64,000 nt of DNA from Octopus sinensis. Taxonomy: Eukaryota. The stretch covers positions 56,110,001 through 56,174,000 of the forward strand of contig NC_043005.1 in the NCBI RefSeq assembly GCF_006345805.1, given 5' to 3'. This document shows, piece by piece, positions 25,267 through 38,900 of this stretch; positions within the stretch are counted from its first letter, which is position 1, and each line of letters starts with the position of its first letter. The position numbers and the translations under genes were made by a program. The notes below the pieces were generated by a model, which had not been told where the DNA came from, did not search any database, and saw nothing but the letters and a program-made list of their open reading frames with translations.

Positions 25267-26587
25267 TACATACAAATTCACTACTGTGGTGAATATAACA
25301 TTATGTCAATATTTATCACATCAACCTACTTCAAAGAAACAAACCTTAGTTTGATCACATATTCATGGTCATATATAGATGCAGTCTCAGTTTCTCTAAT
25401 AAAACATAATGCTGCAGTTTTGAAGGATGAAAGAGTTGGGGAAAAAAGCAGGCTATAACAGGAATCAGTTTTAAAGAGTCAGATTCAGATATATATCATG
25501 TAGTTCCTCTATATTGTTTGGTCACATTTTAGAGAAATTGTTGCAGCCGGAAGTAGGCTTTCATATCTGTTATTCAATATTACGAGAGATATTATAGCTC
25601 TTACACAGTAGTGTTGCACATTATTATTATTCATTCATTCATTCTCATCTTTATTTTCCATTCAGCTGTTCCAATATTTTGTCTATTGCTTTTTCAAGCC
25701 GTCTTATCAAATAGATTTGTTTTTTTATGGTGGTGGTGATGGTGGTATTTTATTTTTTTCTTTTGGTTGTGTTTGCATATCAAGTAATTCATTCGCAATT
25801 CATTATATATGTTGCCTGGCATGATTTCAGCCAAAACTTCATGCAAATTTTTACAATCATATGCAATTACAGCCTTGACAAATCATATAGTTTCCTGCCT
25901 CTTTTCTGTTCCATTTCCATCACAGATACAGTCAATCAATATTATTTTGTGCTCTATAACTAGCTGCATATCAGGCAAAACATATTTATATTCAGTATTC
26001 TATACATATTAAATTGGTACTAAATTGAACTGTCCCTTTATGCTAGAATTTCTTTTAACCTTTATTTTTTTTATATAGTAGAGACTGAACTCTTTTATGA
26101 CCAAAGCTGGATAACTTTGAATGAAAGTTTTTTTCTAAAGAAATTTGTAATAAGTATTCTATATATGTAATCTATGTAGATAAGTGATTTTCAATCATTC
26201 TTTTCCAATGTTAATTGGCTTGTATTGGTAAAAGACTTATACATAATTACAATAGTAGAAATTACTTTTCCTAAATGTAAATGTAAAAGATGTGGATAAT
26301 CTTGGGACATATTTGATTGTATCAAAGCAATATGAACTTTTTGTTGATAATGGCTGATTTAATTCACTCTGTGAAGTTTTGCTTTCATCTCTTGACCTTT
26401 TTGATGTGACAGCTAAACCAATCACTCCCAAGATTTAGAAATTTAAATAGATCTTAAATGAAAATCAAATACTCACTTTTGGCTGTTGCCTCTATGATGG
26501 TCTGTTTAATCTAGTCTGACTGGGCTTCTTCCATCAATAATGGTAACAATCATTAATTCAATGGAGCAATCATTTAATGACTTTCAG

Positions 26588-26610
26588 ATTATATACAGTT
26601 ATCATTGAAG
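26588..26610 (+). CDS. Candidate 23-nt microexon ((R)LYTVIIE, phase 2 to 1)
   Basis: Acceptor atgactttcAG and strong donor AAG|GTGAGT. Confidence 0.25.
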
Positions 26611-28604
26611 GTGAGTTTTCAGTTAGCCCAGTCTATATGCAAGATCCCAGCTAAGACTACAATCTCTTTTCTATACACATTGTAGCTTTTTCAATTCACT
26701 TACCTATCTAATCTATTTCAGGAAAGCTTGAATACCAGACAGTTTAATTTTCCTTCTTGTATATATAAGACAATATTTTGTTAACCTTTAACAGTCGTGT
26801 TCCTAATGAATGGCAATTATTTATATTTCTGTTTCTCATTTATGAAAACTGTTGCTTATTTTAATTATGTATTTTCTGTTGTCTATTAACATCTAAAAGA
26901 ATTAATATTTAAATATTGGTCTGACCATATTTCTAATATGTTTCAATTAACTTTTAAAATTGAGAATTTGGAGAGATTTAGTAAAATAACTTTCTTTCAA
27001 TATTAAGATGGTGTTTGTAACTTATTTTAACAAAAGTTTCTAACATAAAATCATGATGGAAGGTTTTAATTCTAATATGAATATTTTGAAATGAGAAACT
27101 TTGTATTTAGAGACCCAAAGGAGGTCTTTGATATTTTGTCATCAAAATAGTTAGAAATTTTTTTTAACTAGATGGTAAAGTGTAAGAGGGCAAATTTATC
27201 ATCAGAAAAGTTAACCTTTAAAGTTTGGAATAGATATGAAAAAGAGAAAACAAACAGTAGTAGACAGACAGATGGCAGTTCCTCACCATGGATGCTGTTA
27301 ACTTGTTTGAATAAATTAAAGAATAAAAGGATATTTATGCAAGTCCATCAGTGTTTACATAAATATCTTTCATTGGGTTAGTTAGTATATTAACATGTTA
27401 ACCACCACAGCCTGTTAATGGAACTTACTGGTGACAGCCTGTATTTCATGCAGTGATACTGCATACTGTTTAATTACAAGGAAATGTAACTTTTTTACAT
27501 TTTTGCTATATTTCATAATTAAGCTTTAATATTTAGCACTCATTTTACTTAAATATCCTTGAAACCATGTCAAAGATACAGAATAAAATATTTTCTCAAA
27601 TTCTGGAATTGTACTACTGGTGGTACATATGGTAGTTATGTGAAGTTTGCAATGAACCACTGGTAGTACATGTGACAGTTAACATGTTAATTCTTTGTAA
27701 GGTGATTTGTCAGGCTGTATTTGGTTGTGAGTCTTTATGTCTGATTTTAAATCCCAGCAAGTTCGGTTTTGTCCTTTTATCCTCACTAAAACAAAGTACT
27801 GATCAAGTACTGGACCATTTCATTCTATAACCACATCCCAAATTTATGGCCTTGTTCTAATGTTACATCATCATCATCCGTTGTGTAACTTTGTCCATGT
27901 CTATTGTTGTTTACATCAGTTGTCAAAACCAGTGTTGTGTTTGTTACATTCCTTTATGCCATGTAACATAACACTTCAAGAAATAGATTAATGAAGTAAT
28001 AGATTAAAGTAAAAATTGGGAATCAATTCTTAAAGGCAGTGTCCCAGCCTGCACTTCTACCTTTCATCAAATAAATGAGACCTGTAAAAGAACAGAAACA
28101 TCATTTCCGACAACCAACAAGGGAAACACATAATCATTATGTATTCAGTGTAGATCTTATTAAAAAGTTAAACAAGTTTCCTTTATGGTAGGTAGCTTAG
28201 TTTACAAATAATATTTATTTGATATAAGATCATTAATCAACCATAAATATTTCATGGTTGTATCTTCAGTCAAGCTGACATCCTTGCTGTATTGTTGCTC
28301 TCAGACAGTATATTAGTTCTCAGACTTTATTATCAATTTTTCCTCCTCTCTTGATTCTTATCGTTTGTTGTTTACTGTTGTTATACAGATATCATTTGTT
28401 ATGTCTCATATTACATCATCATTGTGTTTTCAATCTATGAATTTTTTTTCCATTTTGTCTACTTTCTTAACAAAGACTGTAGGAAAAAAGGAAGCCATAA
28501 CAAGAGACATTCAATTGTGTGGTTCTCTTTTTTAAAGAAAGTTTTTTACGCCTACTAGTAGCTTGTATCTTCTCTGTCGTCTTATAAAATTATTAAAATA
28601 ACAT

Positions 28605-29700
28605 TATTATTAATAATAATTTGCTTTTAGCCTATATGTTTGATAATCACTTGGCAGGTTATACCCAGCACCCTAGGGCAAGTGAAGGGTAAGAGATGTT
28701 TAGATGTAATTGAAAGTTTGTGATGGGAAAGTGGGGGAGAATTACAGAAGCACATTCATATAATACAACGCAACACAAAGCATTTAATTCAAGTTAAGAT
28801 TTCTCCAAGGATGTATGCAGTACTTGTCAACACAATCTTTTGGGGGTTTTTTGAGTGATGGGTCACCTGGGATGTTTTCTAGATGTTTCTGACACTCCCC
28901 TTTTTTTATTTATTATAGCCAAGAGTACCTACAATAACAGGGATGGTTTTTGTTTCAATTTCCAGATCCTCGTATCTACTTATTTTGTCAAGTTTTTTTC
29001 ATAGATATATTCTTAGCAGCAAGGACATTTATATCTATAAGTTTACAAGTGTTTTCTTTCTCTGTCTTTAATAATTATGTCTGGTTAGTTAGTCTGGAGT
29101 ATTCTGTCAGGAAAATCCTGGGGCAATAACATCTTCACTTTCAGCCACTGGCTTGAGATGGTGTTGATTTGCAGGAGTGTTGATTTGGCAATGCTTACAT
29201 ATTTTTTATTGTCCTACCACATCATAGCAATTCTTATCTTCATTTGGTTGTAGCTCAGGACGGCCTGAAACAAGATAGTCTATTGTTTCATCAAATTTGT
29301 TGCAGCATCTATATTTTGGGTCTGTACCATCTCTACAAATAGTGCTTGGCAATTTCTGGTAAACAAGCTTTGGTCTTATGCTGTCTTTAGTCTCTGCTTT
29401 CAATCCTTAACTCCCCAGCCACTGATGGTTTGTTTCTTGGTCAGCATCAGAATTTTGGCTTTGAAGAATATACTATCCATGGTCTTCTGGTTTTGCTGTT
29501 TCTCAAGTTGTTTCTGTCCATTCTTTTCAGCAGTTTGTATGATTCTTTTTGCTTGCTTGGTGGTTATGGCTTCAATTTCTTCATCAAGTTTCCTTGCAAA
29601 TTTATATTCTTCCTTGACAACAGTGTGAACTTTTGCTGCATTCATGTTTTTATACAAGTTTCAGCTTCCAGTCCTGTATACTAGATAAGTACCTGTTTAA
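28605..29700 (-). mobile_element. R4/Dong-like non-LTR retrotransposon 3' fragment with CCHC-type knuckle and RLE endonuclease
   Basis: The - strand reads LKAET..DGTDPKYRCCNKFDETIDYLVSGRPELQPNEDKN..PDIIIKDRE..TCKLIDINV..DLEIE..TIPVIVGTLG..QKIVLTSTAYIL with frameshifts. Ends in (AAT)n. Confidence 0.85.
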
Positions 29701-29764
29701 TTTCTATAGTGAAGGTTTTTTTTTTATAGCAGAGTTCTAACTACATCATCATCATCATCATCAT

Positions 29765-30215
29765 TTTTATTATTTCGATTAAGCTGGTGAACTGGCAGAA
29801 TTGTTTCCACACCAGACAAAATGCTTAATGGCATTTCTTTAGGTTTTACATTGAGTTCAAATTCTGCCATGGTTGACTTTGCTTTTCATCCTTTTGGGAT
29901 CAATGAAAGAAGTACCAGTTAAGCACTGTTAATTTACGAACCCTTCCCCCAAAATTTCAGGCCTTGTGCCTGTAGTAAAGATTTTTACTATTATTATTAT
30001 AAAGGCGGTGAGCTAGCAGAATTAGTAGCATGCTGGGCAAAAGGCTTAGCAGTATTTTGTCCATCTTTTCATACTGAGTTCAAAGGTTGATTTTGCCTTT
30101 CATCCTTTGGGGTCAATAAATTATGTACTAGTGAAACACTGGAATCGATGTAATCAACTATTGCCCTTTCCAAAAATATTTTAGGCATTATGTTTTTAGT
30201 AGAAAGGATTATTAT
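29765..30215 (+). mobile_element. Two tandem family A SINEs
   Basis: tggcagaattgtt..gagttcaaattctgcc..ttgactttgcttttcatccttttggg, twice, separated by (TTA)n. Confidence 0.8.
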
Positions 30216-30365
30216 TATTTTGGTATTTTCGGGTGGGAAGACATTGATTTTTCTGTACTACAACCAAGAATCATTCAGCTTCTCAACGAGTGCTCTGATT
30301 TTTCTTTGTTGCTTTCCATACTACGTTTTTTGTTTTTTTTTTGTTTTTTTATTTTACCTCCCCAG

Positions 30366-30508
30366 ATATTGGCCACCTCAGGGCTTTTCTTACAAATCTT
30401 AATATGGCATTCTGTAGCCCAATTTTTAGCATAGTTTTTGCCGTGTTCCTAATTTCTCTTGTTGTTTCTCCTTTTTTTCTCACGACTGATTGTCATTTCA
30501 GTTTCTAA
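30366..30508 (+). CDS. Candidate terminal coding exon of + gene (IGHLRAFLTNLNMAFCSPIFSIVFAVFLISLVVSPFFLTTDCHFSF*), possible C-terminal membrane anchor
   Basis: Very strong acceptor (long T tract + ccccAG at 30365), phase 1, TAA at 30506-30508, AATAAA at 30540-30545. The hydrophobic stretch could simply reflect T-richness. Confidence 0.35.
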
Positions 30509-30939
30509 TTTGCCTTTGTTTACTCCCTTGGAAATAGAAAATAAATGTTGTGTGTGTATTTTGTAGCTTTCTGTGTTAGTCTTTGTTTACATGTATTCAT
30601 AGTCATACAGTTACCATATTATAATAGTTTTTTCTAGTTGGACAAGGTCCTCTACCCCTTTGTGTTTGTGGCAAATATAATCTTGCTTAACATCAAATTG
30701 AAAGTGATTTATGCAGTTATTTTTGTTTTCTGTCTAGTCTTGCTTGTCTAATTTAGAAAATTATGACTTATTACTGAGACAGCTAGAGTTTTGATGCATA
30801 TACATGCATGCATGCATGATGGCTACAACTCAATTTTGAGCAATTCTTTTGTTTGATTATTCTTTTAAACACACACAGCATTGATGTGGCTTTTCAGTTC
30901 TGTTAGAGACCTAAAAACTTTTGATAAATCTATCTATGT

Positions 30940-31153
30940 ATCTATTTATTTATCTGTGTGCCTGTCTGTATGTATGTATGTATATGTATGTGATATATAT
31001 ATATATATTACGCATGTGTAAATATCGTCTATACCATATATATATGTATATAATGTGTGCGTGTATATAATATATATATAGTGTGTATGTATGTGTATAT
31101 ATGTATATATATATATAGTGTGTGTATGTATATATGTATAGTGTGTGTATATA

Positions 31154-31188
<35 letters not shown>

Positions 31189-31320
31189 GCATAATATATA
31201 TGTATAGTATATATGTATTATATATATTGCTTGTTGTTTATACACCAGTCTTCATCTTTTGTTTTTCTGTAAATTTCAATGATATATATATGTATCCATA
31301 TGTGTGTATGTGTGTGTTTG
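30940..31320. repeat. Compound TA/TG microsatellite
   Basis: Direct reading. Confidence 0.9.
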
Positions 31321-31489
31321 TTAGTCATTTATAGCAATTTCTCCCCTATTTATAAAATAACTGCCAGCATGCAGATTTTCCCATCTCTTTATTGATATTT
31401 ATTCTAATATTTCTTGAACAAGAATTTATATTTGTGGAATGAAAACAAATCTTATCTGTTCTTGGTCTCTACATCACACATTCAATGAT

Positions 31490-31644
31490 TTATCGCTGTT
31501 GACCAAGTACTGTTGCCATCGCAGTAAAGATAGTTCTTAAATTAGAAGTCAGAAATTCTGGAGCAGAGAAGAGAATATTTCTTTCTTGCGAAGAGAAATC
31601 AGATACAGGAAAAGTTGCAGAAGTTCCCACAAATGATGATTCCA
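31490..31644 (-). CDS. Candidate terminal coding exon of - strand gene ((M)ESSFVGTSATFPVSDFSSQERNILFSAPEFLTSNLRTIFTAMATVLGQQR*)
   Basis: Acceptor gttttatttcccAG, 50 open codons then TAA at 31490-31492, and two AATAAA about 90-105 nt downstream. Phase matches exon 34389-34446. Confidence 0.55.
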
Positions 31645-32844
31645 CTGGGAAATAAAACTATAGCAGCCTAAAGATATAGAGAGAGCGTGTGTGTGTCTTT
31701 GTGTCTGTGTGTCTGTGTGTAAATAAAATATATACCTGATATCCCAGTTTTTTGTTTCATTTTCTACTGTGTATGGAAATTATACTTTTACTTGGCTTTG
31801 CCTATGTCCAGCTTCTTGTCTGTCTGTTTGTCTCCTTCTCTTGTTTGTTCTCATTCCCTCTAAGTATCTGTATAAGCAGAGATACATTATGTATGTTTAT
31901 GAGTCTTTCTAACTCTTATGTAGTGATCTATCCAGCTAGGTTTATATATGCTTTTCTCTCTGTTTATGCATTTATTTATTCCAAGCTAGCCAGCTATACA
32001 TCTATCTAACCATCCACTCACATTATATTCATGATGATGATTATTAAGATGTCATATTTATCATGGAATACTAGTTAACTTTCTTGCCCAGATAAAGGTT
32101 ACACAATAGACTTTCTCATACAGTTTACCCTTCTTTTTTTCGCTCTCTCCCTCTCTCTCCATCCATCCGCCCTTTCTTCCTTACTTCTCCCCCTCTCTGA
32201 AGACGAGCTAATGTTTCAGGTTGTTAGTCCTTCAATTTTGTAGGGTTCACACTTTTCCTCTTCTCTTTTTGTGCTTTGTTTAAAAACAGAGTACCATTTT
32301 ACAGTTTAGAACATTAAGACTATTTGTTAAAAAAATAATAAATCAAGTATCAAGATGTTTTCATTCTGTATATTATTTCACTTTAGCAAAACAAGGGTCC
32401 GTTTAATGAAGACACTGCTGCTTAAGAACGGGATTAATTTCTATGGCGTCAGTATCCCTTTAGAGACAGTCTGCCCTAAATAGTTTTAAACTGGAATGAC
32501 TTCTAAATTCAGTATTCATATAATCTTTTGACTGGGCATTCTGCTTTTTTTTTATGGTGAGTAGATAATTTTTCATATCTATTCCAAGTGAACTTCTAAA
32601 GAATCTAATAACTATCTAACTCTTAGAGGAACTGGGTGGAGTTTATTCATTTTTTACCTTTTGCTTGTTCCAGTGAGCGACCATACTGGGGCACTACCTT
32701 GAATGATTTAGTCAATCAAATCAAACCTTGTACTTATTCTGAGTCTGCTACTCATTTGATTGGGTTTCTTTGTTGAACTGCTAAGTTACTGGGACATAAA
32801 CTAACATTGGTTGTCAAGCAGTGCTGAAGGACAAATATACAAAG

Positions 32845-33050
32845 AGGCAAACTAGCAGAATTGTTAGCATGTCAGACAAAAAATGCTTAGCTGCATTTCT
32901 ACTAGCTTTACATTCCAAGTTCAAATTCCACCAAGGTCAACTTTGCCTTTCATCCTTTTAGACCTGATAAAATTAGTACCAGTCGAGCACTGAAGTTGAT
33001 GTGATTAAGCTCCTTCCTCCCAGATTTCAGTCCGGTGCCTACAATGGAAA
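32845..33050 (+). mobile_element. Family A SINE
   Basis: ctagcagaattgttagcatg..aagttcaaattccaccaaggtcaactttgccttttcatcc. Confidence 0.8.
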
Positions 33051-33414
33051 GAAGAAAAAAATTAGGCACAATGCTGCATAAACCAAAAGAACTAAAAACA
33101 AATTTAAATATTACAAGACCTCACTAAGAGTTAATTAAAAATGAGAATTTAAACACAGTCTTTCTGAGTAGATAATGGAGGGAAGGAGTCTCCAGTTTGC
33201 AGAAGATTTTCAAGTATATGAGTATCTTTGCTCAGTTTACTTCTACCAAATTCTATTCACAAGGTATTGGTGAACTTGAATTTATGGGAGAAAATACTTG
33301 TACCAAGTGCTATTAGTGGAATTGAACCAAGAATAATGAGTTTGTGGAATTAACTACTTAATCACACAGCCATTGCTTATACCATATCTATCTTCTTAAA
33401 CAGATTATAATAAT

Positions 33415-33965
33415 AATGATGCAGTACTAGACAGTGGCTCTCATGGCTTCTGATCTTAACTGATTGGAAGTGTTATCATGTACATTGTTTTGTCTTGGTA
33501 TAAAAGATGGGCTACAGCAAATATTCTGCTCAATACCACAGATTTGCTTGTCAGTTGTTTGACCTTAACCAGTTGAGCATGTCCCTTAGTGGCTGACGAT
33601 ATGTGCATCTCTGATCATGAGCAGAAGTAGTGGGGGAACATCATAGCCATGTGTTGAGAGGAATTTTGGGGGGTTTAGATAATTCATCTTTGGAAACATG
33701 GGTGTTTCATTCAGCATCGTTAGACAACCCTTATTCAGGTACTTTTTTAGTGGATGGGCTACTCAACCTGAAGAAAATTCTAACTGGGCCCCACCTGCAA
33801 GGTCATGCACTGTTTATCTTGATATGGGATCATAATGTTGCTCATATATTGTTGTTATGCATGTGCCTGGTGTACCCTTATCAGATGGGTAGTCATGATG
33901 GGTTTACTAGGTTTCGTATATTTTACCCCAGTGTCACTTTGATGGCATGCACTCTTCTCTCACTC
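33415..33965. mobile_element. ~550-bp dispersed repeat (SINE-like, unclassified)
   Basis: The first ~280 bp align with 9405-9690; flanked by (AAT)n. Confidence 0.7.
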
Positions 33966-34275
33966 AATAATAATAATTCTTTCTACTATAAGCACAAGGC
34001 CTAAAATTTGGGGGATTTTGTCAGCTAACTGCTTTATTATTAATAATAATAATAATAACGATGCTTTCTACTTTAGGCACAAGCCCTTCAATTTTGAAAG
34101 AGAGGTTTAGTTGATTACATTGGCCCCAGTGTTCAACTAATACTTTATCAACCTTGAAAGGATGAAAGGTAAAGTTGACCTCAGTTGAATTTGAACTCAG
34201 AATGTAAACCCGGAAGAAATGCTGTGAATTATTTTGTCTGGTGTGCTAACAATTCTGCCAGCTTGCTGCCTAACA
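33965..34275 (-). mobile_element. Family A SINE plus stub
   Basis: ggatgaaaggtaaagttgacctcagttgaatttgaactcagaat..aattctgccagc. Confidence 0.8.
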
Positions 34276-34388
34276 AAACCTGAGATAAAAAGAATAAATA
34301 ATAATAATAAACATGAAAATAAAAAACTAAAAACTAAAATAAAAATAAAACTTGGCTGTAGTCTGAAGAAATTAATATATCAGCTCAC

Positions 34389-34446
34389 TGAGCAATGAAT
34401 CAGTAACTTGTATGGTCTCTCTCTGAATGATATCTTGAAAGTCTAG
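34389..34446 (-). CDS. Candidate exon of - gene (LDFQDIIQRETIQVTDSLL, phase 0 to 1)
   Basis: Acceptor tttaactacAG and donor TCA|GTGAGC; joins in frame to 31490-31644. Confidence 0.5.
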
Positions 34447-35289
34447 CTGTAGTTAAATATTATTTTGATTGGATTATAAACTACTTTGGATTATAGAGGT
34501 TTCTTCTTTCCTTGCTAATCCCCCTACTGTACACATTGTTGATCACTAATACTTGTAGGTTTTACTATATATATTGTGTGTGTGTGTGTGTGTGTGTGTG
34601 TGCTTTGATTTGATTTGATTTTCTAACTTTTACAAATAGTTTAAATCATTGTCCTATTATATAGCACGCTGATATGTTCGCTTAGGACGTTAAATAATTG
34701 TTTTTCTTTTATATTCAATGCAAAAGATAAATGTCATGTTAACTTAGTTGCCATAGAAACTGCTTTATTGAAATCATTTAATTAATACTTTTGTTTGTTT
34801 GTTTTGTTTTGCTCTCTTTTTTTTTTCTTTTGCATATATCATATCTAATATTTCTCTTCATATGTTCTTATTGCAATATACCTTTTGTTGAAATGTCTAT
34901 GAAATCAGTTTATATTTATTTGTTTACTAACTTCAATATAGGACTGTTAGGCCTTCAGAACCTTATATTATTTTATAGTGTTTCTGTAAACTGTAATGGC
35001 TGAGAGAGTAAATCAATTGACTGAAGCAGCATAAGGTTATGTGTTCATGTTGATGTATTGCTGTGTTTGTATAAACAAAAGAAATACGGTAGCGTGTAGA
35101 AATTTAAATATCAGAGGATCGAGGCTTCCAGTACTATATGCACTGAAGGACAGTCAGTTTGTATTTTATGTTCTTAGCATAAATTTTTATCTCTCAGTAA
35201 CCTGGTATATAAGTCTGTAAATTGGTACCATGAGGAGGTATTGGTACAGTTCATTGTTGTAAGCAACTAGAATGTGTCCATCGAACATT

Positions 35290-35520
35290 ATTGTCTCGAG
35301 TTCTTAGAACTCATTTTGTCAGTTACCCAGTTTCCATTGCATGACTGAGATCACAACATTCCCATGAATAGGATGCCAGTCCCTCACAGGGTTACTCATG
35401 GACTGGAGCAATGAAACAAAGATGTTTTACCCAAGAACACAAGCATTGTCCAGTCTGGAAATTGAAACCATGATCTCACAATCATGAGTGCATCACTCTA
35501 ACTACTAGGCCACACCCACA
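35290..35520 (-). mobile_element. tRNA-headed SINE with CORE/V-like domain; related + copy at ~52850-53165
   Basis: - strand gtggcctagtagttagagtg..tttcaatttcc..tgtgttcttgggtaaaaca..ccctgtgagggactggcatcc. The 52850 copy has tgtgtccttgagcaagacacttt. Confidence 0.55.
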
Positions 35521-35690
35521 CGCCTTTACTGTAAGCAGCTAAAGAACTGAATAATCAAAAGGCTTGTTAATTTGCAATTATCGTCTAAAATTTACAGTAG
35601 ACTGGCATTCTATTTAGACCGGAGAGATGTCTCTCAACCATTTATTGTCATGAAATGTATTTTCAAAGAATAGCTGTAAGCTGTGCTTAC

Positions 35691-35726
35691 AGGTCTATAT
35701 ACCACTGATGAGATTCTGATAGCTAT
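35691..35726 (-). CDS. Candidate 36-nt exon (IAIRISSVVYRP, phase 0 to 0)
   Basis: Acceptor ttaactgaatttctcAG and donor CCT|GTAAGC. Confidence 0.35.
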
Positions 35727-36354
35727 CTGAGAAATTCAGTTAAGGTATCTCTGATGCTATTCCTGTTTCCGTTCATGCTGCATTACAGGATAAGAATATT
35801 GCTTCTCTCATGCAACAGCTTAATATATCATTATCATTTTGATGCTGTATGAGTAGCTTCCAAGAAGCTGTTATGTGACCACATCTCAAAATTTCAGCTA
35901 TTCATCAATTACTCTTTATTTTTTATATATATTTCCAGGTCTATACCTAATCGATCCTTTATAATTCAGTTGGCTGAACAATGTTAATATAATATTATAG
36001 TTAAACAGTGTTGACTATTAAACAGCATTCATTTTGATAAATATTTCAGTCCCATGTAGCATCTGATTAGTTGAGATGGATGTCAGCTCTTCACTGCAAC
36101 AAGTTTACATTCTGCAAACTTCAACTACACTAAGGAAAAGCTAGGAGAAAATTAACAGGGTTTAACTGCATAGAATACGACAAAACCAAATTAAAGGAGC
36201 CAGTCTTCAGTTAAATAATTGTAGTAATAGTCTAATAGAATACTTTTGATACAAAATAAAGCACTAAATGTATCCAAGGCACACAGATCTGTACTTGTTT
36301 GTGTAGCGAAAGCATACAAAAATGAAACCACTAAAATAGCAACAACAATAAAAA

Positions 36355-36810
36355 TAATAATGGTTTCAAATTTTGGATCAAGGCCAGCAATTTTGAGGGA
36401 GGAGGTGATGTCAATTAAGCTGACTCTAGTGTTCATCTGGTACTTATTTGGTTGATGCTAAAAAGATGAAAGGCAAAGTCAGCCTTTGTGGAATTTGAAC
36501 TCAGAACATAAAGACTGCTAAGCATTTTGCCTGCAATGTTAATGATTTTGCCAGCTCGTTATCTTAATAATAATAATGATCCTTTCTACTAAAGGCACAA
36601 GGCCTAAAATTTGGCAGGAGGAGACTAGTCGATTACATTGACCTCAATGTTTTGCTGGGACTTAATTTATCAACCCCAAAAAGGATTGAAGGCAAAGTCA
36701 ACCACAGCAGTATTTGAACCTAGAATGTAGCAATGAGGGAAATACCATTTAACATTTCACCCAGCATGCTAACAATTCTGCCAGCTCACTGTCTTGATGA
36801 TGATGATGAT
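36355..36810 (-). mobile_element. Two tandem family A SINEs
   Basis: Two gatgaaaggcaaagtc..gaatttgaactc / ttgaaggcaaagtcaacc..atttgaacc units separated by (AAT)n. Confidence 0.8.
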
Positions 36811-38559
36811 AATAATACTAATAATAATACTAATAACTGTTTATAATTCTCTATTATAAAGCACAAAGCCAAAAATTTGAAGAGATTTTGTGAGTTTGAT
36901 TATATTGACCCTGATACTTCATGTCAAATACCTGTCAAGCATTGTGATTCTGAAACCTTTTCTGAAATATTTGAGTAATGTAATGATTGTTAATAACACA
37001 CTTAATCTCTCTACTACTGTTAGAGGATCTGAAATGTTTTGCAGTATTTACCTATGGCCCTTTAAGCCCAGAGTTCAAATCACAACTTAAACTTTTGCAC
37101 TTTTTGGTTCAATAAAATGAAATATCGGTTAGTACTGAGGCTGATTTACATTTTTATAAGGCATCTTCTATGTGAATAGGATTATAATAGGAGTCTGTTA
37201 ATTTATTGGGTGGTTACAGTTAGGATTCCAGTGTCTGTTTATCTGTCTTGAAAGGGCTTCATCTGATATTGGAAAACATCACTCCAAAATATAAGCTAAT
37301 TCTTAATGGTTTGTTGGAAATCTTTTGAGAAGTTTCATGCTTGGAGCTTATGTTATTTAACCAGTTAATGATGTTCAGTGTATAGTACCTATGTTGAAAA
37401 TGAATTCTTTTTTCATTTCAGGTTGACATGTTCAATAACAGAAGTTTATTAATATATCATTGATCTAGTGAATAATATATTTCCATGTTCTTAAACTTGA
37501 ATGGTATCAGTAACAGATACATCTTCTGACATACAAATCAACATAGTATATAGTGTGATTATGGAATGTATACATTCAAACATCATCACAATCTTTCTAA
37601 ATCTTGTTGCATTTCACATGGAAATTTTGGTCCTCCAAAGTCATCATGGTGTTCAAGTTAACTTTTTTTGTCTGTAAATGTTGTTCTAAGAAATTCTATT
37701 TGTGTGCTAGAAAATAAGGTATTATAATATTTTCTCGTGTTTTCTTTTTTTCTGTCTTAAAAATATCTTTCCTTGCATAACCTCAATATTTCCACTAAAT
37801 CAGGTAAAAAAAAAAATGTACCGCTTCATTAACAGTGCTAAAATGCCTTTCAATTTCTTTCAAATCATATTGAATTCTAGCAAGCATTTTAATTAAACTT
37901 TATGAGAAAAATAATAATAAATTGTAGAATCTTGTCTCTATCTCATTATAAATCTCTTGTGCATTCTTTGATTATTACATACTGAAAACCAAATATGTAT
38001 AATTCTATATTGATATCAGTAGCTCACATGTTAATAAATTACATCCACATTGTCTTGTATACAATATCTGCAGTTATGAGCAAACCAGAATGATTACTTC
38101 ATATAACAAGTCTAGTTCAAAATTGACCAGAGGGTAATATGCATAATATTCTTAATGACAAGCAAATGTCAATAAATTTTTTCTTACACAAAGAAATGTT
38201 CTTGGAAGAATTATTTTGTGTATTCCAGATGTGATTAACTCATTACTAGTGTATGGCAAATGTGTGCAAAAATAGCATCAGAGTAGGCCTGTATTTTAAT
38301 TTAGTCAGAGTTGAAAGGATAATGCTCTTAACCATTTTCAGGACTTCAGTGATAGGTGGGAAGAAGAAAGGAAATTATCTTCAAACCAGACACTTGACCT
38401 TGCAACAGGATAGGTACCCAAAGACCAGATTGTGTTGAGGTAGGCACCAAATTTAGTCAACGGCCTGAGAATAGGGACAGTCAGAATTCACTGTTACTTA
38501 GAACTAAAATTCCAGCTTTGTAAGTGTAATTAATGAGCAGATTTGTGTCTTTGTTAATG

Positions 38560-38900
38560 TGGCTGTGTAGTTAAGAAGATTGCTTCACAACAACACAGTT
38601 TGTGTTCAGTCTCACTGTAAGGCATCTTGGGAAAGTGACTAATGATTCGTCTATGAAATTTGGTAGACAGAAACTGTAGAAGCCTTTGTGTGAGTGTGTG
38701 TGTATGTGCTTGCATCTGTCTGTCTTTATAGTGATACCATGTAAAATCTGGTACCCTTTGTTTATATCCCATAATGCAACAGTTTGAAATTGACAAAATA
38801 AGAACCAGCTATTGAAAGTACTAATCTCAGTATGATCAACTAAACCCTTTGAGAGAATGTCACAGCATGGTTGCAGTCCAGTGACTGAAACAAGCAAAAG
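38560..38900 (+). mobile_element. Near full-length CORE-type SINE
   Basis: tggctgtgtagttaagaagattgcttc..gttcagtctcactg..ggcatcttgggaaagtg..(TG)n..catggttgcagtccagtgactgaaacaagcaaaaga. Confidence 0.7.

Noticed and set aside
27172-27381. 69-aa ORF and similar short ORFs at 25033, 30190 and 36191
   Set aside because: No recognisable motifs; they overlap SINE or simple-repeat sequence or have background composition.
31510-31657. + strand open frame (STVAIAVKIVLKLEVRNSGAEK..)
   Set aside because: Exact antisense of the - strand terminal exon, with only a weak acceptor.
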